DNA of 64,000 bases, from IMG/VR virus record IMGVR_UViG_3300032315_000647, positions 1 through 64,000 of that record. One strand, given 5' to 3'. Positions 10,062-19,701 of the stretch are shown one piece after another; position 1 is the stretch's first letter, and each line of letters starts with the position of its first letter. This DNA is from a virus. The notes beneath the pieces are model-generated. The model was not told the DNA's origin. It searched no databases and worked only from the letters and a program-made list of their open reading frames with translations. The position numbers were made by a program, and so were the translations under genes.

Positions 10062-10457
10062 ATGAAACTAATAAACAAAGATGTATATGAGCATTATTGT
10101 TCATTGGAAATGTTGCAACTGCTCTATGATAAAGGTATGAGATATCGTGAATGGACAGATGGTGCATTTACACATAACTCATTAGCTGAACATAGGTTCA
10201 ACCAAGGTGATGTGTCTCATCTAAAGGACACTGTCACACATCAAATTGTTGTTGAGTGGTTGAGGGTTAATCACAGTATATGGATTTATACTTCTTCTCA
10301 TGAGGTAGATAAGTGGTGTTACCACATAGGAAAAACAATAGCAGGTAAAATTAGTCCAAAAGTTTGCGAAAATGGTTTTTTCGGTTTAGATGATTATGAC
10401 ACTCCACAAGAAGCGACGGAAGCTGGAATCCTTTACGTTTTAAATAATTTGATATGA
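10062..10457 (+). CDS. hypothetical protein
   Basis: ORF track. Confidence 0.65.
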   Translation: MKLINKDVYEHYCSLEMLQLLYDKGMRYREWTDGAFTHNSLAEHRFNQGDVSHLKDTVTHQIVVEWLRVNHSIWIYTSSHEVDKWCYHIGKTIAGKISPKVCENGFFGLDDYDTPQEATEAGILYVLNNLI

Positions 10458-10660
10458 CACAAAAAGAAATAAATCCTGAAGACTATTCCTCAATAAGCAA
10501 CAAGTGGATAGACGATAGGATAGAAGAACTACAACGAATAGCTAACACAAGAATAGAGCCATTTGTTGAAGGTAAGTATGTAGGACAGCTTAGACTGCTT
10601 AAAGAACTAAAAGAGCAGCTTATTCCATTAACAAAACTTTATAATCAAGAAGAATTATGA
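10454..10660 (+). CDS. hypothetical protein (MTQ-start array)
   Basis: ORF track; ATGA coupling. Confidence 0.6.
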   Translation: MTQKEINPEDYSSISNKWIDDRIEELQRIANTRIEPFVEGKYVGQLRLLKELKEQLIPLTKLYNQEEL

Positions 10661-10761
10661 CACAGGAGGAAAAACAACAACTTATAATAGTTTTGGTATT
10701 AATAGGAATACCATTCTCAGCTTTAGTTTATGCTTTATTAACAAACCTTCAGGTATGTTAA
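10657..10761 (+). CDS. small membrane protein (34 aa, MTQ-start array)
   Basis: Own translation MTQEEKQQLIIVLVLIGIPFSALVYALLTNLQVC. Confidence 0.5.
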   Translation: MTQEEKQQLIIVLVLIGIPFSALVYALLTNLQVC

Positions 10762-10775
10762 AAAACAAACAAAAT

Positions 10776-11090
10776 ATGACACAAGAAGAATTTATGGAAA
10801 GAAATGAGTTCTTAGAAATGGATGGACTTTTTTGGGAGAGTGGAACTCATGAATGGTTCCATGACAGAAGCTCTACCCAATATGCACAAAAGAAATCTGT
10901 TCTTTCGGGAACAGGAGAAGTAGATGATGCTTTAAACGTGGCTTGTTTTGTAGTGAGGAACAAGCAAACTGGGGAATATGACAGAGTTATGATGGATGTG
11001 AAATCTAATGAAGTCATATATGAAACCAAACAATTAGAAGATTTGGGATATCATATAGATTCATTAAAAGTTAAAAAAAGATTTGAGTGA
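10776..11090 (+). CDS. hypothetical protein (MTQ-start array)
   Basis: ATG 10776 within track ORF 10755. Confidence 0.6.
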   Translation: MTQEEFMERNEFLEMDGLFWESGTHEWFHDRSSTQYAQKKSVLSGTGEVDDALNVACFVVRNKQTGEYDRVMMDVKSNEVIYETKQLEDLGYHIDSLKVKKRFE

Positions 11091-11115
11091 AGTTTGGAAA
11101 ATAATACAACTAATT

Positions 11116-11481
11116 ATGACACAAGAAGAAACACAAGAACGCAACAAGCAGATTGCGTTGATGCTTGGTTGGAAAGAAGCTACATTAGAATACAAACTAA
11201 AATGGTGTTCTGTTAAAACAGAAGAAAGGCTAAACAGAATAAACCCAGAATACGTTCCAGTTTTAATGAAGGAAAAGGAAGAACCTCTTTTTGAAAGTTC
11301 TTTAAAATGGCATTCAGATTGGAATTGGCTAATGGAAGCAGTTCAATTTTTATATAAACACTTTGAAAGTAAAGAAAGGAGTTGGACTTCAATTGAGAGG
11401 TATCCGCTTTATACAGATATTGAAACTGTTTTTGTTTTAGTATGTGATTTTGCTAAACATTATAACGAAGGAAAATTATGA
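11116..11481 (+). CDS. hypothetical protein (HSDWNWLM motif; MTQ-start array)
   Basis: ATG 11116; N..IA..LG and HSDWNWLMEAV motifs. Confidence 0.65.
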   Translation: MTQEETQERNKQIALMLGWKEATLEYKLKWCSVKTEERLNRINPEYVPVLMKEKEEPLFESSLKWHSDWNWLMEAVQFLYKHFESKERSWTSIERYPLYTDIETVFVLVCDFAKHYNEGKL

Positions 11482-11765
11482 CACAAAAAGAATTTAACGA
11501 GAAATACAAACAATACATACCTAAGGGTTGGTACGGATTATCATTTGACATTCCAGAGGTGACAATCTATCTTGATGGTGTGATGCAAGACCTCATCACC
11601 ATGCCTGAGTTTGAGCTGAAACAGATTAAACTGAAGTATAATATGGCAAGGTTCTATTTTAATACTAGTTGGGAACAGAAGCATTTGGAACTTGCTTTGC
11701 AAGCTCGTATTGAATATAAGATTAACGAAATAGTAAAAAAGATAGACGATGATGCTAAGTCATGA
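11478..11765 (+). CDS. hypothetical protein (MTQ-start array)
   Basis: ORF track; PKGW...QIKLKY..RFY motif. Confidence 0.65.
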   Translation: MTQKEFNEKYKQYIPKGWYGLSFDIPEVTIYLDGVMQDLITMPEFELKQIKLKYNMARFYFNTSWEQKHLELALQARIEYKINEIVKKIDDDAKS

Positions 11766-11958
11766 AGAAGAAGCTTTTGAATTAGTAGTTCTGTTCCAAG
11801 ATAAGAGTAATGGAATAAGAAAAGAATTGGCTAAGAAACATGCAATAATGGCAGCCAGTCTAATTAAAGAAGAGGTGTTGAAAGTGGTGAGTGAGGAAGA
11901 CTCTACTGTTCATGCCATCTATTGGGATAGAGTGATTGATAAAATACAAAAACTGTAA
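11749..11958 (+). CDS. hypothetical protein
   Basis: ORF track; resembles the next gene (AKK.A...W..V...I.KL). Confidence 0.6.
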   Translation: MMLSHEEEAFELVVLFQDKSNGIRKELAKKHAIMAASLIKEEVLKVVSEEDSTVHAIYWDRVIDKIQKL

Positions 11959-11960
11959 TT

Positions 11961-12227
11961 ATGACACCGAAAGAAAAGGCAGAAGAGTTAGTATCAAGAT
12001 TTATTGTTCATACTAACCTGTTTAATCCTGATAATCCAAATAACAACGGATGGGAAAAGGATATTGATTCTGCTAAAAAATGTGCATTAATAGCAGTGGA
12101 TGAGATATTAAACGATTTGAAGGAATCACTTGAAATAGCAGAAGGTTTACATCCACATGCTAAAGGTCTTATTTCAGGTTCTTTAGTAGCTTGGCAGAAG
12201 GTAAAAACTGAAATAGAAAAGCTATGA
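11961..12227 (+). CDS. hypothetical protein (MTPKEKAEEL...AKKCALIAVDEI type)
   Basis: ORF track; recurrent phage family motif. Confidence 0.65.
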   Translation: MTPKEKAEELVSRFIVHTNLFNPDNPNNNGWEKDIDSAKKCALIAVDEILNDLKESLEIAEGLHPHAKGLISGSLVAWQKVKTEIEKL

Positions 12228-12406
12228 AAGAAGAAAAATACTTTCTTGATTTTAGCAAAACCATTAGAAAATGCATCATTATGTACGAAGTGAAGGGAAG
12301 TGTTCACAGCCCTATAATGTACATTAAAAAACCAAAATGGAGATCGGAAGAGGAATTTGTTGAATTTGTTAAGTCATTACAAATATATATAACGAAAAAG
12401 CCATGA
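12224..12406 (+). CDS. hypothetical protein
   Basis: ATGA coupling. Confidence 0.55.
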   Translation: MKEEKYFLDFSKTIRKCIIMYEVKGSVHSPIMYIKKPKWRSEEEFVEFVKSLQIYITKKP

Positions 12407-12750
12407 AAGACTTTATCCCATACAAAGAAGCAGTAGCAGTTAAGAAACTTGGGTTTAATGAACCTTGTTTCAGATTTCAAAATAATATATCACATACTAT
12501 TGAAGAAAGGGGATGGCTAAATTGGAATTATGTTGAAAAATTTATTTCATTACCACTATTCTCACAAGCATTTAGATTTTTTCGTGAGAAGTATAATTTA
12601 CATTCATATATTGAAGGTGCATATCCTTGGTTCAGATTCTATATAAACTCTGAAGATGATAGATGGGAAGGTCATAAAGAAATGACTTACGAAGAAGCAG
12701 AACTTGCTTGTCTTCGTAAACTTATTGAAATAGTAAAACAAAAACAATGA
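12403..12750 (+). CDS. hypothetical protein (LGFNEPC...TYEEAELACL type)
   Basis: ORF track; recurrent phage family motif. Confidence 0.65.
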   Translation: MKDFIPYKEAVAVKKLGFNEPCFRFQNNISHTIEERGWLNWNYVEKFISLPLFSQAFRFFREKYNLHSYIEGAYPWFRFYINSEDDRWEGHKEMTYEEAELACLRKLIEIVKQKQ

Positions 12751-12989
12751 ACTTATACAGATATAGAGTGGTGGAGAGAACTATCACCACTATAATAGCA
12801 GGCAATTCTACTGAGCGTATTGAGTATTATGTACAGCAATCTCTGTTAGGTGTTATGTGGGTGGATATGGTTGATAAACATTCTATTCCGTATTATTGGG
12901 CTTATCCACAAGGTGCTATTGAGCACTACAATAACCTCACCAAGAAACAAACAACAAAAGACAAAGTGGTTCATCCAATAAAACAATAA
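12747..12989 (+). CDS. hypothetical protein
   Basis: ATGA coupling. Confidence 0.55.
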   Translation: MNLYRYRVVERTITTIIAGNSTERIEYYVQQSLLGVMWVDMVDKHSIPYYWAYPQGAIEHYNNLTKKQTTKDKVVHPIKQ

Positions 12990-12993
12990 CACC

Positions 12994-13233
12994 ATGACAC
13001 AACAAACAAAGGGCAATGACCCAATATCTGCAACACAAGAATACCATAGTAAAAATTTTGGTGTCGTTCTTGCAAAAACAGGCTTAACAAAAAGAGAATA
13101 TTTCGCAGCAATGGCTATGCAAGGTATATGTGGGAATAGTAGTCTTGCCGAAATATCATCCTATAATTCATTTGCTGAATGGTCGGTTCAACAAGCCGAC
13201 GCATTAATCGAAGCACTAAATAAAGAGAAATAA
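12994..13233 (+). CDS. conserved phage protein (GLTKREYFAAMAMQG family)
   Basis: GLTKREYFAAMAMQG...ADALIEAL. Confidence 0.7.
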   Translation: MTQQTKGNDPISATQEYHSKNFGVVLAKTGLTKREYFAAMAMQGICGNSSLAEISSYNSFAEWSVQQADALIEALNKEK

Positions 13234-13234
13234 C

Positions 13235-13327
13235 ATGACGGAAGAAACATTAACAATCGTAGTAAAATTTCTTATTGGGTTTGTCTTTGGATTTTTATTA
13301 GGAACAGCATTGTTTAAAAAGAAATAA
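13235..13327 (+). CDS. small membrane protein (30 aa)
   Basis: Own translation MTEETLTIVVKFLIGFVFGFLLGTALFKKK. Confidence 0.45.
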   Translation: MTEETLTIVVKFLIGFVFGFLLGTALFKKK

Positions 13328-13328
13328 C

Positions 13329-13553
13329 ATGACACAACAAACGGCAGTTGACTGGTTGGTGCAGCAGTTAAAAACAATATATGATATAGATATTGAACGG
13401 CTATCTGTAACCGATAAAGCCAAACAAATGGAGGAAGAGCAGCATAAAAATACTTGGTTTGACTCTACTCTCCAATTTGATAATTCCGCAGGAATAGTCT
13501 TTACAAGTGGTTTTGAACAATACTACAACGAAACTTATGGAGGTAATAAATGA
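13329..13553 (+). CDS. hypothetical protein (QTAVDWL...EQYYNETY family)
   Basis: ORF track; paralog of 13692. Confidence 0.65.
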   Translation: MTQQTAVDWLVQQLKTIYDIDIERLSVTDKAKQMEEEQHKNTWFDSTLQFDNSAGIVFTSGFEQYYNETYGGNK

Positions 13554-13691
13554 AATGCCAACACGAAAATTGCACAAGAGACGCAAAAATTAAAAACCTA
13601 GAATACCATCCTGATAAATGGTTGTGTACTTTTCACGCTAATAAAGCAAAAGTTGCTGGTAGAATAAATCAGAAGATAAACAAAAAAAAGT

Positions 13692-13973
13692 ATGGAAAAA
13701 CAGACAGCAACTGATTGGTTAGCTGAAAAGTATAACTACATAACATGGATGAGAAATAGAGACGAAATGTCGGCTGAAACAGCTGATATATTAAGAGCTC
13801 AGTATATAGAAGAAGCTAATCAAATGCATAAAGAGCAAACTAAAGCAGCTTACAACAAAGGTTATCAAGACGGAGAAATTGATAGTCTTGATGCGAAGGA
13901 TGGTGATGTTCAATATTTTGAGGATGCTGAAAATTATTACACCGAAACTTTTGGCAAAGAGAATATCGTCTAA
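13692..13973 (+). CDS. hypothetical protein (QTATDWL...ENYYTETF family)
   Basis: ORF track; paralog of 13329. Confidence 0.65.
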   Translation: MEKQTATDWLAEKYNYITWMRNRDEMSAETADILRAQYIEEANQMHKEQTKAAYNKGYQDGEIDSLDAKDGDVQYFEDAENYYTETFGKENIV

Positions 13974-14012
13974 TTACACGATGATTTGAAATTATCGCCT
14001 AAATACACTATA

Positions 14013-14450
14013 ATGAAAAAGTTAACTAGCGAGCAGCAACTAATTTTGGATGTTGTAATGAAACATTCAGAATTCACAAAAGAGGAAATTTGCAGTGCAA
14101 GTAGAGATTCAGCATTGATTAAGACAAAGCATCTTTTGATGTATCTTTACAGAGAATGTCTTGGGATGTCTTTAGTGAACATAGGAAACATTATGCAATC
14201 TGGTGATCTTACATATCACCATTCAACCATTTTAACTGGTTGTAGAAGAGCAAAAGATAGATTGCGTGAGAAGGATACAGCTTTCTGCTACCTTCATAAC
14301 AAAGTGGTGCAGGACCTTATAAATCATGGAATTGGGTTTAAGAAAGAGGGTGAGTCTCTCATCATACGCTATCCAAAAGGATATCGCATCCATGATGTTG
14401 TAAAAGTGTTGATGAGTAATTTTAAAGAATTGAATTATGAATTTGTATGA
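14013..14450 (+). CDS. DnaA C-terminal (domain IV) HTH-like DNA-binding protein
   Basis: SR...IKTKHLLMYLYRE.LGMSLVNIG......HHSTIL matches the DnaA domain IV pattern. Confidence 0.7.
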   Translation: MKKLTSEQQLILDVVMKHSEFTKEEICSASRDSALIKTKHLLMYLYRECLGMSLVNIGNIMQSGDLTYHHSTILTGCRRAKDRLREKDTAFCYLHNKVVQDLINHGIGFKKEGESLIIRYPKGYRIHDVVKVLMSNFKELNYEFV

Positions 14451-15511
14451 GTTTTGAACTACTTAAACATGAGGTTGAGTTAGGACTGGATGGTCGTAAT
14501 AGTGGTATTCCTATGGGTTTTAATAGACTCAATAGGTATATTGGCATACGTAGAGGTGTTTATTTTTTGGTGGGTGGTTTAACAGGTTCTGGTAAGACAT
14601 CCTTTATAGATGATGCATTTGTTTTGAACCCTTTTGACTGGTATATCAGTCATAAAGACCCAAAATTGAAGTTACGACTGATTTATCGTTCAATGGAGAG
14701 GTCTAGAACCTATAAACTTGCTAAATGGGTGAGTAGGAAGATATTCATTGACCAGGGAGTAATCATTCCTGTAAGTAAACTTCTTGGTTGGACCGAAAGG
14801 CTTACGAAGGATGAGCATGATCTGTTTCTGATGTATGAAGACTATATTGGACAAATGGATGATGTCATCACTATTATTGATGGACCAGAGAATGCTGTAG
14901 GTATTGCTAAAGAATTAAAGGCGCATGCTCTGAAAAATGGGCGCATTGAGCAGATAGATGAGTATAATAAGCGCTACATTCCTAATAATGAGAATGAGAT
15001 TACAATTGTCATTATTGACCACATTGGTTTGTTGAAAACCACTAAGGATCAATCCACTAAGAAACAGGCTATTGATAAGATGAGTGATGAGCTCAGATAT
15101 GCTCGTGACTTTTATGGATATACGCCTGTTGCGGTGAGTCAGTTCAATCGTGATATTAGTAATCCAATAAGGATTAAGAATGGTGATGTTGAGCCTCAAT
15201 TGGAAGATTTTGCTGATAGTTCACAAACTCAAAATGATGCTGATGTGGTGTTAGCTCTATTTGATCCTATGCGTTATAAAGTGCCTGATCCTAGTGGATA
15301 TGCATTAGATAAGCTGAAAGATGAGTTTGGTGCTAAGTATTTTAGGAGTTTAAGACTGATTAAGAATTCCTATGGGGAAGATGATGTTCGTATTGGTTTA
15401 GGCTTTATGGGCCAGATTGGTATGTTCAAGGAGCTTAAGAAGAGAAAAGACATGACAGATAATGATTATGAATCAGTTACAAACAAATCCTACTTTTTAA
15501 ACAATAAATAA
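14447..15511 (+). CDS. dnaB: DnaB-like replicative helicase
   Basis: GGLTGSGKTS, SME, VIIDHIGL, VSQFNR, DSSQTQNDADVV, IKNSYG. Confidence 0.88.
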   Translation: MSFELLKHEVELGLDGRNSGIPMGFNRLNRYIGIRRGVYFLVGGLTGSGKTSFIDDAFVLNPFDWYISHKDPKLKLRLIYRSMERSRTYKLAKWVSRKIFIDQGVIIPVSKLLGWTERLTKDEHDLFLMYEDYIGQMDDVITIIDGPENAVGIAKELKAHALKNGRIEQIDEYNKRYIPNNENEITIVIIDHIGLLKTTKDQSTKKQAIDKMSDELRYARDFYGYTPVAVSQFNRDISNPIRIKNGDVEPQLEDFADSSQTQNDADVVLALFDPMRYKVPDPSGYALDKLKDEFGAKYFRSLRLIKNSYGEDDVRIGLGFMGQIGMFKELKKRKDMTDNDYESVTNKSYFLNNK

Positions 15512-15514
15512 TTT

Positions 15515-15697
15515 ATGAATTTTAAATTCTTTTCTACTGTTCCTAATGAGAAAGATCTATTTTGGCAGATTATTCTATTTCCAAACATCACTATTCTTAG
15601 GAGTCCAAATCCTCTTGACAGATATACAGCTATAAATTTTGAATGGCTCTTCTGGAGCTTTACAATTGTTTCAAATGACAAGAAAAGAGTATATTAA
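15515..15697 (+). CDS. hypothetical protein
   Basis: ORF track. Confidence 0.5.
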   Translation: MNFKFFSTVPNEKDLFWQIILFPNITILRSPNPLDRYTAINFEWLFWSFTIVSNDKKRVY

Positions 15698-15926
15698 TCA
15701 TAGGGGTGGTAATCTAGGATTGATTATTTACGAGTATTACAAAGAGAAAGCTAGTGTAAATGTTGTTCCTGATATGAACATGTTTCTAATGTATCTCAAT
15801 ATGTGGTGTGCACAAAAAGGGACGGGATTAGGACATTTATATCAAGTTGCTGTACAATATTATGATGCAAAGTTTAATATAACTACAGTGATAGGAAGGG
15901 ATAACGAGTTTATTATGTGTGTATGA
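15675..15926 (+). CDS. hypothetical protein
   Basis: ATG 15675 within track ORF 15639. Confidence 0.55.
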   Translation: MTRKEYINHRGGNLGLIIYEYYKEKASVNVVPDMNMFLMYLNMWCAQKGTGLGHLYQVAVQYYDAKFNITTVIGRDNEFIMCV

Positions 15927-17002
15927 CACTAAGAGACAAACGACAGCAAGAGTTTGCTGATCAATGGATAAATGCTGGTAAGTTTGGTATTCTGAATCTA
16001 TGTCCCAGGTTTGGAAAGATTCGCACCACCATCAACATTCTCAAAAAGCTTAAGCCTAAGAGTATTCTTATTGCCTATCCAGATAATAAGATTAAAGACT
16101 CTTGGATGGCTGATTTTGAAGAGATGGGGTATGTGAATGATAATATCACTTACACTACGCATCTATCTTTACATAAGCACAAAGAGGATAGTTTTGATTT
16201 CGTTGTAATAGATGAAATACATCTCCTCTCTGAGGCTCAAATAGAGGCAGCTAGAGAGCTTATTGAGAATAATGAGAATGTATTAGGGCTCACAGGTACA
16301 CTGTCTAGATGGACAGAGGAAACGCTAGAGAGCGAGCTTGATTTGCGTGTGATAGCACACTATCCAATCAGTCTTGCTATTGAGGAAGGTGTTATTGTGG
16401 ATTATGAAATAATTGTAAAACTGGTTCCTTTAGATGACAAAACGAAGCAAAACTTTAAAGGTAAACTTCGTACAGAGAAGAAACAGTTTGATGCTATTAC
16501 ATGGGCCATTAATCAGTCTGAGAGAGAAGGTAGAAATACAATGTTTCTCAGGCTAGCCAGGATGAGGATTATACAAAACAGTATTGCTAAACTTGAATAC
16601 ACCAAGAGAATATTACAACAGTATAAGGATGAACGTATTTTAGTTTTCTGTGGTGTCACCAAGATAGCTGACTCATTAGGTATTCCTTCATATCACAGTA
16701 AGAAAGGAGAGAAGGATATGTTTGATAAGTTTGCTGCTGGTGAGGGATTGAATCACATGGCTGTAGTGAAGATTGGTAACACAGGGGTTACATACAAACC
16801 TCTTAACAAGGTGGTGATCAATTATTTTGACAGCAATGCAGAGAATCTTGCACAGAAGATTAATAGATGCATGGCTATGGAATATAATAATCCTGATAAG
16901 AAAGCCAACATTTACATTATTTGTACGACTGAGGATGCTGAAAAGAAATGGTTGAAAAAAGCGTTAGAGTTCTTTGACAATAGCAAGATAAAATTTGCTT
17001 AA
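15923..17002 (+). CDS. superfamily 2 (DExH) helicase, ResIII/UvsW-like
   Basis: LRDKRQ Q-motif, PRFGKI, VVIDEIH, LGLTGT, ILVFC, QKINR. Confidence 0.8.
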   Translation: MTLRDKRQQEFADQWINAGKFGILNLCPRFGKIRTTINILKKLKPKSILIAYPDNKIKDSWMADFEEMGYVNDNITYTTHLSLHKHKEDSFDFVVIDEIHLLSEAQIEAARELIENNENVLGLTGTLSRWTEETLESELDLRVIAHYPISLAIEEGVIVDYEIIVKLVPLDDKTKQNFKGKLRTEKKQFDAITWAINQSEREGRNTMFLRLARMRIIQNSIAKLEYTKRILQQYKDERILVFCGVTKIADSLGIPSYHSKKGEKDMFDKFAAGEGLNHMAVVKIGNTGVTYKPLNKVVINYFDSNAENLAQKINRCMAMEYNNPDKKANIYIICTTEDAEKKWLKKALEFFDNSKIKFA

Positions 17003-17025
17003 TGAGTAGGAATTTTGTATCTTTA
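16994..17025 (+). promoter_or_regulatory. Bacteroidota primary-sigma-type promoter
   Basis: TTTG-N20-TATCTTTA (one mismatch to TAnnTTTG). Confidence 0.55.
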
Positions 17026-17053
17026 CAATCCTTCATTAACTAAATTAAAGCAC

Positions 17054-17725
17054 ATGTCAAGTAAACTCATCGCAATTGTTGGTCAAACAGGTACAGGAAA
17101 GTCCACATCTATTAAACATCTAGATCCTAAGGAAACGTACATTATTAATGTAGCAAAGAAAGAGCTTCCTTTCAAAGGAGCAGACAAGTTGTACAACACA
17201 GAGAATAAGAATTACAAAGAGATTGATGATGCAAACGAGATTACACGTTTGTTGAAAACACTCTCAGAGAAAGCGCCTCACATCAAGAATATCGTAATTG
17301 AGGACAGTAATTACATTATGGGTTTCAATCTCATGGCTAAAGCTACAGAAGTGGGTTTCACAAAATTCACTCTTATGGCTAGAGACATGGTGGATTTGTT
17401 CAAAGCAACACGTTTATTGCGTGATGATCTGAAAATCTTCTATTTCACACATCCTGAAATCATTGAGGATGGTGGCGAAATTATTGGATATAAGATCAAG
17501 ACCGCTGGTAAAATGATTGATAACCAGATTGGACTAGAAGGTTTGTTCACTATATGTCTGTACACACATGTTGAAGAAGCAAAAGATGGTGTGTGTAGCT
17601 ATTATTTTGTAACAAACAGGTTCAAAAAGTATCCTGCAAAGAGCCCAGATGGTATGTTTGAGGAGATTAAAATCCCTAACAACTTGAAGGTTGTAGCAGA
17701 GAAAATAGATGAGTATTATAAGTAA
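17054..17725 (+). CDS. AAA-family ATPase (Sak4/AAA_24-like)
   Basis: GQTGTGKSTS Walker A; IVIED Walker B; KTAGKMID; AKSPDGMF. Confidence 0.8.
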   Translation: MSSKLIAIVGQTGTGKSTSIKHLDPKETYIINVAKKELPFKGADKLYNTENKNYKEIDDANEITRLLKTLSEKAPHIKNIVIEDSNYIMGFNLMAKATEVGFTKFTLMARDMVDLFKATRLLRDDLKIFYFTHPEIIEDGGEIIGYKIKTAGKMIDNQIGLEGLFTICLYTHVEEAKDGVCSYYFVTNRFKKYPAKSPDGMFEEIKIPNNLKVVAEKIDEYYK

Positions 17726-17763
17726 ACAACAACAAACGTTCATTAACAGTTAAATTCAAAACC

Positions 17764-18627
17764 ATGATTCAAGGTAATCAGAGAGAGCAAAAGCAAACAC
17801 AGGACTTTTCAAAGAAGGTAGGATTGTTTGAAGCAGAAGTTGTAGCAATCAATCCAACAGCACAAGAGTACAAGGAAATTCTAGACATTGAACTTCCTTC
17901 AGAAAGTAAAGCAACAGAATATCTTGGTAAGAGCAGAGATGGTAACACCTATTTGCGTGTTGATGTATGGCTCAAAGAAGTTAAGAATGGTGACAAACTG
18001 AAAGTGTCATTCTTCTTGGAGGATAAAGAGCGTGAGAATAAGGATGGTAGCAAAAAGCAGTATATCAATAATATTGGTAGGTGTGCTTGGGCAGATGATC
18101 CCAACAACTTGGCTGAGTGGTTCTCAAAACGTGACTATCGTGTAGCTTATGTAGGTGAGGAAGAACTGTATGAATTCCTTCGCACATGGTTGGGCAAACT
18201 TGACTATATGAAGGATGATTCTGTTCTTCAGGCTGATTGGAAGAAGCTCATGAGAGGTAATGTTAGCGAACTGAAGTCTCAAGTGGAAGGTGCATATTGC
18301 ACAAACATTGGAGCTCTTGCTACAATCATCATGAAAGAGAAAGATGGTGAGCATAAGGAGTATCAGGGTGTGTATAATAAGGCATTCTTGCCAGCTTATG
18401 CTCTCAAGAACTTCCGTCTCATCAACTATAATGATGTCACTGTACAAACCACTCTTCGCAATAAAAAGCTTAAGGAGCTCAAGCCTCATGAGCGTTTTGT
18501 AGTGAATGTAAGTGGTGAATATGGATGCCGTGATTATTACATTCTTCGTGATATCAAGGACTATAATGCAAATGATAATCTCGTAGCGTCTGATGCAGCT
18601 ATTGCTGATGATGATGGTGGTTATTAA
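17764..18627 (+). CDS. putative single-stranded DNA-binding protein
   Basis: Lies between the AAA ATPase and primase; VVAINP motif; acidic tail with terminal aromatic residue (ADDDGGY). Confidence 0.5.
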   Translation: MIQGNQREQKQTQDFSKKVGLFEAEVVAINPTAQEYKEILDIELPSESKATEYLGKSRDGNTYLRVDVWLKEVKNGDKLKVSFFLEDKERENKDGSKKQYINNIGRCAWADDPNNLAEWFSKRDYRVAYVGEEELYEFLRTWLGKLDYMKDDSVLQADWKKLMRGNVSELKSQVEGAYCTNIGALATIIMKEKDGEHKEYQGVYNKAFLPAYALKNFRLINYNDVTVQTTLRNKKLKELKPHERFVVNVSGEYGCRDYYILRDIKDYNANDNLVASDAAIADDDGGY

Positions 18628-18644
18628 TTAATGTATAAAACCTA

Positions 18645-18683
18645 AAATAACCCCTCATCAGAATTTCTGGTGGGGGGTTATTT
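18645..18683 (+). terminator. intrinsic terminator
   Basis: AAATAACCCCTCATCAGA / TCTGGTGGGGGGTTATTT inverted repeat. Confidence 0.7.
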
Positions 18684-18696
18684 ATATCAGCTATAT

Positions 18697-19701
18697 ATGA
18701 TTCAAGGTGATGTTAAGGTGAGATTAACTCCAAAAGCTGTATTGAATAAAGTATCAGAGTATGATATATTTAGGTTTTACATGCCAGATAAGTCTTGGAA
18801 GATAAATCATGTGACACTATCTCCCTTCAGAAATGAAAACAATCCTTCTTTCTTAATAGGCAGTAGAAGTGGTTATCTCACATTCATAGATTTTGCTGAC
18901 ACTAGCAAACGTGGAGACTGCTTTACGTTTGTAAAGATGTTATTCAATCTGAATAGTATGGATGATGTCCTTAGGATGATTGATAAAGACTTTGGACTAG
19001 GATTTCTACCAGGAACTTCTACAGAGAGATATAAATCCATTCAAAAGGAATATAAACAACCAGAAGAATTAGGTAAGAGATATTCTTTGATTCAGGTGAT
19101 AACTAGAAGATTCAATAATGATGAACTAGCTTATTGGAACAACTATCATCAAAGCTTAGATGATCTAAGAGCTAATAATGTTTACGCTATAAAGGATTTG
19201 TATTTCAACAAAAAGAGATTTCCTCTAAAGGAAACAGATTTGAGATTTGGCTATCTGTATGATGGTCATTGGAAGATATATAGACCTTTTGCTGACAAGA
19301 AGAATAAATGGGTGCCTAATAATGTTCCTATTACAACAATGGATGGTAAAGAGGATATTGTAAATTGTAATGTAGCATTCATTAACAAGAGCAAGAAGGA
19401 TTATATGGTGATGAAAAAAATATTTCCTTGTTGTTGTGCTGTCCAGAATGAGGGTGTAGCATGTTTCTCTCATGAGAATGTTGAATATCTGAAAGCCAAT
19501 TCTGATAGGCAAATATTGAGCTTTGATGCAGATGATGTAGGTGTTAGGAATAGTCAAATGATAACAAAGATGTTTGATTTTGAATATGCTAACGTTCCAC
19601 GTAAGTATTTGACAGAAGGAATCAAAGATTGGGCTGATTTAGTTAAAGCACATGGATATAATGTTATTGAAAACTATCTAAAAGAAAAACAACTATTATG
19701 A
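18697..19701 (+). CDS. DNA primase (degenerate CHC2 plus TOPRIM, crAss-type)
   Basis: SPFR.E.NPSF...DF...GD.FTFV; WKIYRP; KSKKD; FDAD..G; KDWAD. Confidence 0.8.
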   Translation: MIQGDVKVRLTPKAVLNKVSEYDIFRFYMPDKSWKINHVTLSPFRNENNPSFLIGSRSGYLTFIDFADTSKRGDCFTFVKMLFNLNSMDDVLRMIDKDFGLGFLPGTSTERYKSIQKEYKQPEELGKRYSLIQVITRRFNNDELAYWNNYHQSLDDLRANNVYAIKDLYFNKKRFPLKETDLRFGYLYDGHWKIYRPFADKKNKWVPNNVPITTMDGKEDIVNCNVAFINKSKKDYMVMKKIFPCCCAVQNEGVACFSHENVEYLKANSDRQILSFDADDVGVRNSQMITKMFDFEYANVPRKYLTEGIKDWADLVKAHGYNVIENYLKEKQLL

